Position numbers and translations under genes: made by a program. Below, in pieces: positions 29,781 to 40,089 of a stretch of 64,000 nucleotides of DNA; the stretch's first letter is position 1, and every line of letters begins with the position of its first letter. This DNA comes from Candidatus Latescibacterota bacterium. GTDB lineage: Bacteria > Latescibacterota > UBA2968. The stretch spans positions 4,224,001-4,288,000 of the forward strand of contig OZ240241.1 of assembly GCA_965198115.1 (NCBI GenBank), given 5' to 3'. Under the pieces are notes generated by a model. That model did no database searches. It was not told the DNA's origin and worked only from the letters and a program-made list of their open reading frames with translations.

Positions 29781-30235
29781 TTAAAAAAAGGCAGCAATCC
29801 AACACCCGAAAACGCGCGGTCCATACAGAATCCGGGCCACGACGTATTGGCGACGACGCCCATCGGCAGTCCGGTACGATGGAGTGCTTCAATCGTCTCG
29901 ATCGTCCCTTCAAAGAGCCAGGAGGCGTAGCGGGGACCCGCATACGAATCGGCCAAGCTAGCCGCAATCTCCGCCCCTACGCCCAGACGTTCGCAGTAAC
30001 CGATCAACAATCTGAAAAAGTTATACGCTGCCCCGAGTTCCTCCGAGCGCGTCGTTTCGAGGCTTGATAAACTCGCGCATACCTCGTCGGCGCCGACATC
30101 GACGCCATACGTGGTCAGACCAGCCGCCACGCGCTCGAACCGCCCACCCCTGACCTCGGCCGGAGACGGATCGGATCCACCCTCTTTACCGTAGAGGGTG
30201 CCGCCCGAGTCGAAGAAAACGACATCGAATCGCAC
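29781..30235 (-). pseudogene. HAD-family hydrolase, N-terminal part
   Basis: VRFDVVFFDSGGTLY (motif I), GVVANT (motif II), ending GLLPFFK at the insertion. Confidence 0.82.
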
Positions 30236-30236
30236 G

Positions 30237-30944
30237 TCAGCCTTCCAAGTGGACCCAAAGGGGAAGGTGGTCACTGAGAGACGTCTTCCCTTCCAGATCG
30301 ATGGCCAGGTCGTCGACGTCCAACGTCTGGTATCCCGTCAGACGATCCAAAACGCTCGATTGAACGAAAATCCGATCGCCGCGTTTCCCGCTCAGATTCG
30401 TGGGGCGCGCCGTCTGTCCGGTGTGTGCCGCCGCGTCTACATACCCCTTGTCTGTGAGGAGCTGGTCGACCGAACCGCCGGGGGGTTCGTTGAAATCGCC
30501 CAACACAAGGTCGGGCCGATGCATCGTTGCTTTGGCGATTTCATCCATCCTCTGGACAGCCGCGCGCGCTTGCCCTAGCTGTCGACTCGATGGAAGATGA
30601 ACATTGCAGACACTGAACCCTCCGCTTTTACCAATCTGCCAGACACGCTGCGTCCCGTCACCGGATTCCGAGGTCCGCAGGATCTCCCCCTCACGCCAAA
30701 GGATTGCACCCCCATACTGGCGCAGAGTCGCACCCTCTGTATAGTGCACGTCGAATCCCAGGGAGCGAGCTGGAAGATCGGCCGATTCCGGACTCTGGAT
30801 CTCCTGGAGACAGGCGATGTCGGGTTCGATTCGCCGGTAGAGACCCATCAGATCCTGCACCACCTCGATGCGTGCGTCCCCCGGCTGATCCGTATCGAAC
30901 GGAACTCCCTGAAACCAGTAGACGTTGTGACTGAGGATCGTCAC
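30237..30944 (-). CDS. Endonuclease/exonuclease/phosphatase family protein
   Basis: LSHNV, DIACLQE, NVHL, LGDFN, DRIF, SDHLP. Confidence 0.9.
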   Translation of the reverse strand: MTILSHNVYWFQGVPFDTDQPGDARIEVVQDLMGLYRRIEPDIACLQEIQSPESADLPARSLGFDVHYTEGATLRQYGGAILWREGEILRTSESGDGTQRVWQIGKSGGFSVCNVHLPSSRQLGQARAAVQRMDEIAKATMHRPDLVLGDFNEPPGGSVDQLLTDKGYVDAAAHTGQTARPTNLSGKRGDRIFVQSSVLDRLTGYQTLDVDDLAIDLEGKTSLSDHLPLWVHLEG

Positions 30945-31809
30945 CCTACTCCGAAAGCTTCCATCCGCTCCAGGACGCCTTTTGGAATTTCGAAGTTGAT
31001 CGCCTCCTTGAACACGACGGACCAGTCCTGCCTTTTGTAAAAGTCCAAGTAGACCTGCCGATCTTGCGTCTTGAAACCGAGCTCCGTCTTCGCAGTATGC
31101 ATACTGAGGTTGGCGTAGGGTGTATCGTTGCTCAATTGGTAGATCCGGAACCCGGAAGCCTCGCTCTGGACCGCGAGACTAAAGAGTCTTGCGGCGTCCG
31201 TCACCGTCGTGTGACCGCTGACCAGCAGGTGAAGCGGGTTAACGACTTTGTCATTGTCGCTTCCGGGAGCGGTCATATCGTCCCACATCAGGTTGCCGGG
31301 ACGAATCGCGGTCACGGATAGACCCTCTCGGGCGTAGCGCTCGCAGACCTGTTCACACAGCCATTTGTGAAAGAAATAATTCTGGGTTTCCAGTCCGGGA
31401 AACAGCCCGTAGCCTTCGTAAATCGGGAAGAAGCCATCCCAGAAATCGCTGTCGAAGAAGCTCGGACCGAACATCGGATGATTGTCGTAGACCGGATCGG
31501 ATAGGAGATTCCGCCCGAGGACGTGTAGGCCACGCGGCCAACGCCAGTCTTTTCAGCCCCTTCGAGGATGTTCCGGATCCCGTCGATCGATACTTCCAGG
31601 TTCCCCACCACGAAAGTGATGATGGCGTCGTGTCCTTCGCAGGCTCGCGCAACCCCATCCGCGTCCAGAACGTTTCCGGCAATCAGACGACACGAAAACT
31701 CGGGTGTCGTCTCTTTCAGTTCGAAGACAGAAAGATCGTGCTCTGCGGACAGTTTCTCGGTGATTCTGACGCTGTAGCGACCCAGTCCACCAAACACGAG
31801 CACCTTCAT
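30941..31809 (-). CDS. NAD-dependent epimerase/dehydratase (extended SDR), frameshifted near 31493
   Basis: MKVLVFGGLG, YTSS in 31312..31830; YFFHK (YxxxK), IRPGN, AKTELGF in 30941..31474. Confidence 0.78.
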
Positions 31810-31900
31810 GGCATCCTCCAAGGCGTTCATCGCAGCAGAGTTTTCAAAAGGTACAGCGGACCCTCCCCATCTCCTACGAAGGTCGCAGGCGTAGGAAGGT

Positions 31901-31951
31901 CAAAACGAAAAAAGGACCGCCCGAGCGGCCACAACCACTCGGGCGATTCCT
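31901..31951 (-). terminator. Rho-independent terminator
   Basis: Minus strand aggaatcgcccgagtgg-ttgtgg-ccgctcgggcggtcct then tttttcgtttt, just downstream of the Mo-subunit gene. Confidence 0.7.
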
Positions 31952-31990
31952 ATCACCTGTTATCTGACGACTGATGTCTGAAACTGCTTT

Positions 31991-34294
31991 TCAGTCCGCG
32001 GCCTGTGTCGAAGCCCCCTCCGCCCATAGAGCTTCCAGCACCCGACCCGGCGACATCGGCAGGTCACGCATCCGGATTCCGATGGCCTGGTAGATCGCGT
32101 TCGCGACTGCTGCTGGCGGCGGAACGATCGGTACTTCTCCAACCCCTCGAACGCCGTAGGGGTGCCCGGGGTTCGGCACCTCGACGAGCACCGTATCGAT
32201 CATCGGCAAGTCCAGCGCCGTTGGCATACGGTAGTCGAGTAGGCTGGCGTTCGCCATCACCCCATCCTTCGTGTAGTAATATTCTTCGTTCAGCGCCCAA
32301 CCCACGCCCTGAGCAACACCGCCTTGCATCTGGCCTTCGACATAACTCGGATGAATCGCGGTGCCCACATCCTGAATGATCGTCGCCCTGTCGATCTCCA
32401 CCTTCCCCGTGTCCGGGTCGACCTCGACGTCGACGATCATCAGCGCCAACGCGTTGCCCGGCGTCTTCCCCGAGATGGCGCCCGTTCCGACAATCGCACC
32501 GCCCGCACTCTTGTGGCGACTGGCGAATTCTTTGAAGTCCATCGACTTCGAGCTATCCGACTTAGATTTCACCACGCCGTCATCGTAATCGACGTCGTCC
32601 TCGGAAATCTCCCAGATCTTGGCTGCCCGTTCGATGATCTTCTGTTGCATATCACGGGCGGCTTCGATGCCCGCGTAGCCCGTGGCAAAAGCCACACGGC
32701 TGCCGCCGGTTCCATCGGTCTGGCCAATGGAATCCGTATCCGCGACCAGCGGATTTACCTGGTCGACCGGAATCCCGAGTGTTTCCGCGAATTGCATAGC
32801 CACGGCCGTGCGAGTACCGCCAATGTCAGCCGATCCCTCGACCAACGTGACGGAGCCGTCCGGATTCAGATTCGCGACAACCGTAGACGTCCCACCCCCG
32901 TTGAACCAGAATCCGCCGGCGACACCACGACCCTTGTTGGGACCTTCGAGAGGCGCTTTGTAATGGGGATGCTCCATCGCGGCCTTCACGACCTCTTCCT
33001 GTCCGATCTTCAGGAACACCGGCCCGTCTGCGCGACGCGTGCCCTCTTTTGACGAGTTCTTCAGCCTGAACTCGAGCGGGTCCATTCCGATTTCTTCGCA
33101 AATCTCGTCGATCACCGTTTCCGACGCGAAGGCTGCGTTCGTCGCCCCCGGAGCACGATACGCCGAACTCTGGGGTTTGTTCACGACCACGTCGTAGCCA
33201 TCGATCTGGGTGTGCTCGATGTTGTAAGGGGAGAAAATGCAACCTGCCCCAGCGCCCACGGCCGAACCCGGATAGGCACCCGCTTCGTAGATCATCTCGG
33301 CCGACGCGGCCAGCAGCGTGCCATCCTTCTTCGCTCCCATCTTGCATTTGATGTAGGAACCAGGTGTCGGGCCCGTTGCCTTGAGCACCTCTGTACGGGA
33401 CATCACCATCTTCACCGGCCGGTTCGTCATCCTGGACATCAGCGCCGCCGTCGGACCCTGATAGACGCGGAACTTGCCACCGAATCCGCCGCCAATCTCC
33501 TGCGGGATGACTTTGACATCCGCCACAGGGATACCCAGCAGATCGGAGAACTGCCCACGCACCTCGAACGGACCCTGTGAGCTCTGCCAAACGGTCACCT
33601 TGCCATCCTTGCCCCAGATCGCCGTGCAGTTGTGCGGTTCGATGTAGCCCTGATGAACCGTCGCCGTCCGAAACTCCCGCTCGATCACGACGTCGGACTC
33701 GGCGAAACCCTTTTCGATGTCCCCGTACTTGTGCTGGAAGTAGCTGGCGACGTTGCTGTGTTTGTCCGTCTGCTCGCCCAGCGACTTGGTCGTCAGGTCT
33801 TCGTGGAGAAGTGGTGCACCGTCCTCTTTCGCTTCGAGCACATCCATCACCGGGGGCAGGACCTCGTAATCGACTTCGATCAGAGTGAGGGCCTCTTCGG
33901 CGATGTTCGGGGACGTCGCGACGACGGCTGCGACTGCGTGCCCCTCGTAAAGCACCTTGTCCTTGGCCAGGACATTCGCGCTCAAATGCTCCGGAAGCAC
34001 CGATCCTTCACCCAGATCGGTCACCTTGTCCTCGAAGCTCTGCGCAAGATCTTTGTTCGTGATGACAGCTTTAACACCCTCGAGTGCTTCGGCTTTGCTC
34101 GTGTCGATCGACTTGATGCGTGCGTGGGCGTAAGGACTCCGCAGGGTCTTGCCGTGTAGACATCCGGGTGGGAGGACATCGGCGCCGTAACGAGCCGCCC
34201 CCGTGACCTTGTCCATCCCATCGTGTCGAATCGGGCGTGTACCGACGACCTTATAGTTCTCAACGCCGAGGTAGGGGTCCTTTTCCGTAGCCAT
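31991..34294 (-). CDS. Xanthine dehydrogenase family molybdopterin-binding subunit
   Basis: KVTG.ARY..D, IGGGFGGK, AYRAPG, GSR, GQMQGG..QG.G, RGVGE. Confidence 0.93.
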   Translation of the reverse strand: MATEKDPYLGVENYKVVGTRPIRHDGMDKVTGAARYGADVLPPGCLHGKTLRSPYAHARIKSIDTSKAEALEGVKAVITNKDLAQSFEDKVTDLGEGSVLPEHLSANVLAKDKVLYEGHAVAAVVATSPNIAEEALTLIEVDYEVLPPVMDVLEAKEDGAPLLHEDLTTKSLGEQTDKHSNVASYFQHKYGDIEKGFAESDVVIEREFRTATVHQGYIEPHNCTAIWGKDGKVTVWQSSQGPFEVRGQFSDLLGIPVADVKVIPQEIGGGFGGKFRVYQGPTAALMSRMTNRPVKMVMSRTEVLKATGPTPGSYIKCKMGAKKDGTLLAASAEMIYEAGAYPGSAVGAGAGCIFSPYNIEHTQIDGYDVVVNKPQSSAYRAPGATNAAFASETVIDEICEEIGMDPLEFRLKNSSKEGTRRADGPVFLKIGQEEVVKAAMEHPHYKAPLEGPNKGRGVAGGFWFNGGGTSTVVANLNPDGSVTLVEGSADIGGTRTAVAMQFAETLGIPVDQVNPLVADTDSIGQTDGTGGSRVAFATGYAGIEAARDMQQKIIERAAKIWEISEDDVDYDDGVVKSKSDSSKSMDFKEFASRHKSAGGAIVGTGAISGKTPGNALALMIVDVEVDPDTGKVEIDRATIIQDVGTAIHPSYVEGQMQGGVAQGVGWALNEEYYYTKDGVMANASLLDYRMPTALDLPMIDTVLVEVPNPGHPYGVRGVGEVPIVPPPAAVANAIYQAIGIRMRDLPMSPGRVLEALWAEGASTQAAD

Positions 34295-34364
34295 ACGGTT
34301 GATTCCTTATATAGAGTCTGCTAATCCGAGTCACAATGAAGAGTAAGGGAATACATAGCCAGCG

Positions 34365-36036
34365 TCAACGCACGCGATCGGACACGTCCGTACGCGTTGC
34401 CACCCCGGCGTGGGCCCGATCCTTGAGGGGGTTCGATCTCACGACTGGAATGTGAATCAGCGTAGGGACCTCTGCGCCGATCGCCGTCAGAATCGCGGGC
34501 AGAATGGCTTCCGGTTCGTCGATCCGCATCGCCTCGGCACCGAACGACCGCGCCATCCCCACGTAGTCGATCGGGCCGAGCTCGCTCGTGATCCCCCGTC
34601 CAAAGTGGCCTTCGTGACCAGTCAGCGTGATGCCCCACGCCTCATCGTCTGCCAGGACGAGCACGAAAGGCAAGCCCTGACGCGTGGCCGATTCGAGTTC
34701 GGCGACCGTGAAGGTCAGCGCCCCGTCGCCCGAAAGCAGAATGACGGGATGGTCCGGATCGTTCAACCTTGCGGCCATCGCGCCGGCAATCCCATACCCC
34801 ACCACACCGCTGGTACCGCACGTCAGCCAGTGCCCCGGGTAGCGATCGTTCAGCACCTGGTGTGCCCACTGGCCGATGTTGCCGCCGTCGATGATGAGGG
34901 TCGTGTCGGCCGTCATCGCCTCGCCGATCGCCTCGACCACATCCAGCGCGTGGCATCCCTCGTCCGGCCTGACGGCCGAAACCACCTGATCGCGATGCGT
35001 CTGCTTGCGGCCTTGGGCCTCGATCAGCCAATCGGTCTTCGGCACGACGAATTCGCACGTCACGTCAAGGTCGCGCAGAAATGCTGCCGGACTCGCGTTG
35101 ACCGTAACGTGAGCACCCGTCCCCTGATCCAATTCGGCCGGATCCGCGTCGACGCGCACGATCGCGGCATTCTCGTCCACTGTCGGTGGTTGCAGATAGC
35201 CCAGGCAGTAGTCGCTGCGCGCACCAAGAACGAGGATCAGATCCGCATCGGCCAGGATCTCGGGGCCTCCCGTGGCCGAACCGATCACACCGACGTAGGA
35301 GCCGTGTTCCTTCGGGAAGCTTCCCCGGTCCCAAATTGGAACCATCGCAGGAATCGCGAACCGATCGCAGAACGACGCCAGGGCGCGTTCACCTTTCGCG
35401 TAGTAGACGCCGCCGCCGGCCACTACAACGGGGCGCTCCGCCTCCGCCACCATCGACGGCGACGCGACTCAGCTCCGATGGGCCTGGCTGACTTTCCGGC
35501 ACTGAAATCGGACGGTGTACGTGAATACCACCCAGCGGGGCCTCACCCTGCTGCACGTCGAGCGGGAACGTGAGATGCACGGGACCCGGCCGCCCTGAGA
35601 TGGCCGCAGAGAAAGCCTCGTGCAGATACTGGCCGATGCGTTCGGGTCGATCGATCAGCTTCGAGTATTTGCAGATCGGATCTGCCAGAGCGACCTGATC
35701 GAGGTCCTGGAAGTGACCCAGACCGATCGTTTCACGGGGGCCGCTGCCCGTGATCAACAGCATCGGCGCACCGTCGAAGTGGGCGTTCACCACACCCGTC
35801 ATCGCATTGACGTGTGCCACACCGCTGCTGACGGCACACACACCGACCTTGCGAGACAAACGGCCGGTGGCTTCGGCGATGTAGCCGGCTGTTTGCTCGT
35901 TCCGCACGTCGACCATCCGGATTCCCGTCCGGTCGAGCGCCTCGTCCAGCGGATCCATTCCGTGACCGCACAACGTGGCCACGTGACGAACACCCCGTCG
36001 CCTCAATTCTCGAGCGAGTAATTCAGCACCATTCAT
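34365..36036 (-). CDS. Thiamine pyrophosphate-binding enzyme (acetolactate synthase/2-hydroxyacyl-CoA lyase-like), frameshifted near 35455
   Basis: VRNEQ.AG, FQD.DQ, GRPGPVHL in 35389..36036; RP...AGGG, DGG, GDGA TPP motif in 34365..35453. Confidence 0.85.
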
Positions 36037-36165
36037 AGTGAGTGAGAAGGGAAAAGAGAGTAGGCAGCAGGAAACCCCTGGTTCTTCCCGTTTGGTGACC
36101 CTGCCGGGAAGAGCCTTGCCACTCTCAGATGTCTGAAGTCGTACATCGGATCTCGGATATCGCTT

Positions 36166-37224
36166 CTACTTGATGGAAACTTCCTTACCTCGTTCGGCGC
36201 TCGCGTAAATGCCATCCATCATCTTCTGCACCATCAATCCGTGTTCTGCGGGCGCCATCGTGGGTTTACCGTAAAGGGAGTGATCCACAAAGTTGCGCAT
36301 CTTGATGCCAAAAATCGAGCCGAAATCCTGATTCCGGGGGAGCCAGCCCGGCTCGCTGTTGATCATATATCCATTGTCGTCCGTGTAAAGCTGAATCGGA
36401 TCGAAGTTGGCGCCACCCTTCTCTCCCATCAGCTGGAAGTTCGAGAAGTTCTTCTCGATGTGAGCCGCAAAGCTCGACTCGACGTGGAGGGTCGCGCCGT
36501 TCTCGAACCGGATCTGCCCCACCGCCAGGTCTTCGACCGTATACGTCTTGTGATCCCAGTTGGGCCACTGACAGGCGACGTTCGACTTTCGATTCCCCAG
36601 GTAAGTGTAAACACTTCCGCTCGCGGCCACCGGCCTGGGCGATCCCATCACGTAGTGTGTCACCTCCAGAACGTGCACACCAATGTCGATCAGGGGGCCC
36701 CCGCCCTGCAACTCCTTTCGACCGAACACGCCCCAATTGGGGATGCCCCGGCGTCGCAGGGCCTGTACGCGACCAAAGAGCACCGACCCCAAACGACCCG
36801 AATCGACCGCGTTTTTCATGAATTGTGCTCTCGGGTCGAATCGCTGCTGAAAGCCGATCACGAGCTTTTGCCCCGTCTTGTCTGCCGTGTCGAGCATCCG
36901 CTGACCTTCTCGCGCGTTCATCGCGAGCGGCTTTTCCACCAGCACATCGGCACCCGCCCGCAACGCGGCGATACTCGCCTCTGCGTGCAACCCATTGGGT
37001 GTGCAAACGCTTACAGCGTCGGGCCCGACCTTCCGCAGCATCTCCTTGTAGTCGGTGAACGCGTCCTGGATGTCGTATTCCTTCCCCCACCGCGCCATCC
37101 CTTCCGTCGAGATGTCGGCCATCGCCACCATCTCGACGTCGTCCATCAACGCGTACTGCTTCATATGGGCGCCTGCGATGCCCCCCGCACCGATAAAGGC
37201 CACCCTCAACTTCCTCTTCGCCAT
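36166..37224 (-). CDS. Gfo/Idh/MocA family oxidoreductase
   Basis: IGAGGIA, VCTPN..H, VEKP, GGGPLIDIGVH. Confidence 0.93.
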   Translation of the reverse strand: MAKRKLRVAFIGAGGIAGAHMKQYALMDDVEMVAMADISTEGMARWGKEYDIQDAFTDYKEMLRKVGPDAVSVCTPNGLHAEASIAALRAGADVLVEKPLAMNAREGQRMLDTADKTGQKLVIGFQQRFDPRAQFMKNAVDSGRLGSVLFGRVQALRRRGIPNWGVFGRKELQGGGPLIDIGVHVLEVTHYVMGSPRPVAASGSVYTYLGNRKSNVACQWPNWDHKTYTVEDLAVGQIRFENGATLHVESSFAAHIEKNFSNFQLMGEKGGANFDPIQLYTDDNGYMINSEPGWLPRNQDFGSIFGIKMRNFVDHSLYGKPTMAPAEHGLMVQKMMDGIYASAERGKEVSIK

Positions 37225-37259
37225 CTCTTCCTTTCGTCAACGACATCCGACGCATCGCG

Positions 37260-38570
37260 TCAACGTCTGTCCAGGTCTCTCAATGCCGCGCGACACAGGG
37301 CCATAAACTCTTTCTCAGATTTCTCCGCAAAGGGAGCCGGTAAGAAATAGGCCATATGCGACGTGTCACCCTCATAGCCGCCCTCGCGGATCAAGCGCGC
37401 CGAACTGATGTAACCCGGACAGGCGTTCGTGTAGGCGGCGGTGGCTACGGGTCCTTCCACAAGCGACCGGGTCGCCACACCCAAATCCGCACAGACTTCC
37501 CCTTCCAACCAGAACTGCGTGAAGTGACCGAGCCGCCACGCCTGAACGTCGTATTCGACCGCCTTTCGCGTGTCCGGATAGGCGATCGACTGCCGCGCCC
37601 ACCACGTCAGGTGTGAGCTGTTGGCGCCCGCCATCGCCTGATCCCGCAGCGCGGCCCTCGATCGTGGACGTTTCAGACTCAGGGATCCGGATACGAGGGT
37701 CGTTTTCAGGCAGGCCTCGAGGGGTTTGAGCTGCGCATCCTCGAGGAGCCTCACCACGTACCGACCGAGTCGGACACCGACTCGTCTGCTACGCACCGGA
37801 TCGCGCGCCAGGGCGTAGTTGCCGGAAACGGGGTCACGATAGTAAGGGTTCGCGTCCGCGCCGCATCCCTTGACGAAGACGGCCCGGGCATCGGCGACCC
37901 GAGACTCGATGTGCCTTCGCATCGCCCCCGGCCAGTCGGGCGACCACTTGGGGTAGGGGCCGGAGCTCGTCGGATGACAGGCGTGATTCACCACGATCAC
38001 GTCCCGCGGTGAGCGTCGGCGCCGCATCCTCAAAACCGGTGTGTGACGATCGTAAATGCCGGCCGGATTGGGTCCCCCACGCACACAGTCGGCCGTCACC
38101 CGCCGTCTGTTCATCCCGATCTGCGCTTCGGTTTCCCCGAACTCGATCCGTGCTGGCGAAAGATTGCGAACGGCCTCGTCCACCAGGTCCATCAAAGCGT
38201 TCTCGAGCCGCGCCAGATACCAGACGTTCAGGCCGCCGACCGAGAAGTTCAGGCCGTAGTTGACAGCGGGGCCACAGTGCGTGTGAGAACACGGGAACGC
38301 AACCGCCGCCGGCGCGATCCCGTGGGAGGACTCGATCCTGTGACGAAAGGCATCGACCAGAACACGGGCGTAGCCGAGGACATCGCTCGCCACGATCGCC
38401 GCGCGATGCCCTTCCGCGTCCTCGACAACGATCGCCTGTGCCCGCAGCGGGGACACGACGCCTGTCGCGTAGCGCTCCGAACCGAACCCCGACGGCAGTG
38501 CCTCGCCGGGAGCGGGCGTGATGTCTTTCTCTGCGTAACCGACTTTCCACCTCAATCCAGCCACACTCAC
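37260..38570 (-). CDS. Neutral/alkaline ceramidase N-terminal domain family hydrolase
   Basis: DITP, SHTHCGP, NRR, HACHPT, SPDWPG, G.GADANP, GGYE. Confidence 0.82.
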   Translation of the reverse strand: MSVAGLRWKVGYAEKDITPAPGEALPSGFGSERYATGVVSPLRAQAIVVEDAEGHRAAIVASDVLGYARVLVDAFRHRIESSHGIAPAAVAFPCSHTHCGPAVNYGLNFSVGGLNVWYLARLENALMDLVDEAVRNLSPARIEFGETEAQIGMNRRRVTADCVRGGPNPAGIYDRHTPVLRMRRRRSPRDVIVVNHACHPTSSGPYPKWSPDWPGAMRRHIESRVADARAVFVKGCGADANPYYRDPVSGNYALARDPVRSRRVGVRLGRYVVRLLEDAQLKPLEACLKTTLVSGSLSLKRPRSRAALRDQAMAGANSSHLTWWARQSIAYPDTRKAVEYDVQAWRLGHFTQFWLEGEVCADLGVATRSLVEGPVATAAYTNACPGYISSARLIREGGYEGDTSHMAYFLPAPFAEKSEKEFMALCRAALRDLDRR

Positions 38571-38612
38571 CTCGTTTCCGATTTCAATGAAACGCGGGCG
38601 TCACACCGACGC

Positions 38613-38647
38613 AAACGAAAAGCCCCGAGCAAATGCCCGGGGCTTCC
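38613..38647 (-). terminator. Rho-independent terminator
   Basis: Minus strand gaagccccgggc-attt-gctcggggctttt-cgttt after the PhyH gene. Confidence 0.7.
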
Positions 38648-38685
38648 AACTCACCACTGCTTGTCTTGGGTTCACCTTCCACCCA

Positions 38686-39432
38686 CTAGGCCACCTTCAC
38701 GACATAGGGATTCCCACCCTTCACTCGCTCCAATCCCAGGAGCTGACGTCGGATCGGATCGGTCACCCGCTGGTCCAGGCGCTGCGCCTGCTCGATCGTC
38801 GACGCGTATTGCTTGAACCAGAAAGGCACATAATTGTAAATGAGGCAGATGCGAGGATTCAGACTCGAATTCGTCATCGCCGTGTGCCAGAGCCGCGTGT
38901 CGAAGATCACAGCCGTCCCGGCTTTCGCGGCCATTTTGACGTGTCCTGGCATCTCCTCGGGCTTCTCGAACTTGGGGATATCCTCAACCGAACGATGTTT
39001 GCCGGGCACGAACGAAGTGCATCCGCCATCTTCGACCACATCGAACAGGTAGTAGAAGAGCTTACTCTTGAGCGCGTAATGAGGATGACTCCAGGGCGGA
39101 CAGTCCTTGTGCCAGTTGGTGTAAGACTTCGGGTTGGGTGGATAAGTCCTGGCCTGGATCCCCATCAATTGTATGTCGGGCCCGATGATTTCCTCCATCA
39201 GCGGGAACGTCGACTCGTAATGCATCAGATCCAGAAAGATGTCGTCTCGTTCGAGGATGTTGGGAATATCGAAGAACCCCCTCGGACATCCATCGGCTTC
39301 CCATTCGACGCGCGTCTCGGCCTGCCCTTCGAGAAAGACTTTCTGCACGCGCTCGAGGTCGGCCCCCTGGATGGCGTTTTCGATCATCACGTAGCCGCTC
39401 GAATCGAAAAACTCGCGCTGCTCCGGCGTCAT
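38686..39432 (-). CDS. Phytanoyl-CoA dioxygenase (PhyH) family Fe(II)/2OG dioxygenase
   Basis: FF...GY, WHKD (HxD), VPG.H, AG..VIFD...WH. Confidence 0.88.
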   Translation of the reverse strand: MTPEQREFFDSSGYVMIENAIQGADLERVQKVFLEGQAETRVEWEADGCPRGFFDIPNILERDDIFLDLMHYESTFPLMEEIIGPDIQLMGIQARTYPPNPKSYTNWHKDCPPWSHPHYALKSKLFYYLFDVVEDGGCTSFVPGKHRSVEDIPKFEKPEEMPGHVKMAAKAGTAVIFDTRLWHTAMTNSSLNPRICLIYNYVPFWFKQYASTIEQAQRLDQRVTDPIRRQLLGLERVKGGNPYVVKVA

Positions 39433-39937
39433 TACGCGTCCCCCTTTTTGAGATCCAGTCGATAGCGAACGAGGATCCGACCGGTTCCCGACCGTCGTCG
39501 AATTGTTCCTGTTCCTCGAAACCTGCGCTCAAATACATCCGCCGTGCCGGCTCGAAGAACGGGTGCGTCCCGGTGACGACGACCATCTGTTGAATGCTCT
39601 TTCCGTGGATTCGTCTCAGAATTCCGTGCTGTGCAAGGCCCAACCCCTTGCCCCCGTGCCTCGGGAGGACGCAGTTCCGCCCGACCGTCGCCGTGTCGAA
39701 CTGCTGGTAATACGACGCGAACCCTGCAGGCTCGCCGTCAACGATCGTCAGAAAAACTTCATCCTCCGGATCCTCGGCAAGTTCGTCGAAAATCTCATCG
39801 TCGAATTTTTGCCAGTCGCTCCTGTCAGGAACCCAGGGAGGCTCGTTCAAGATTTCGAGCCGGCGATAGGTTTCCGCCAAAAGGCTCGACAGGATGCCGC
39901 GGTCGCACGGTTCGATGTCCCTGAAAGTCAGATTCAC
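39432..39937 (-). CDS. GNAT family N-acetyltransferase, frameshifted near 39478
   Basis: GFASY, CVLP.HGGKGLG, ARRMY.SAGF; the tail VRYRLDLKKGDA* lies in the next frame, with TAATG overlap into the PhyH gene. Confidence 0.7.
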
Positions 39938-40089
39938 GATCGGCCTGCCGAGCAAATGGGTTTCAACTCACGAGCAACTCAAGATAGGACATTCACTGGA
40001 AGACCACCAACCCGCGCCCCGATGTCGATCGGTCGCGTGATCGATCCGGCCGTGCAAAGACACCGGTCGGCAACCGGGAAATGAATCCT

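Noticed and set aside
31991-34294. Aerobic CO dehydrogenase CoxL
   Set aside because: Active-site loop is AYRAPG, not AYxCSFR; no coxMS or accessory genes.
39062-39955. 297-aa GNAT with a long C-terminal extension
   Set aside because: The extension is out-of-frame read-through into the PhyH gene after an indel near 39478.
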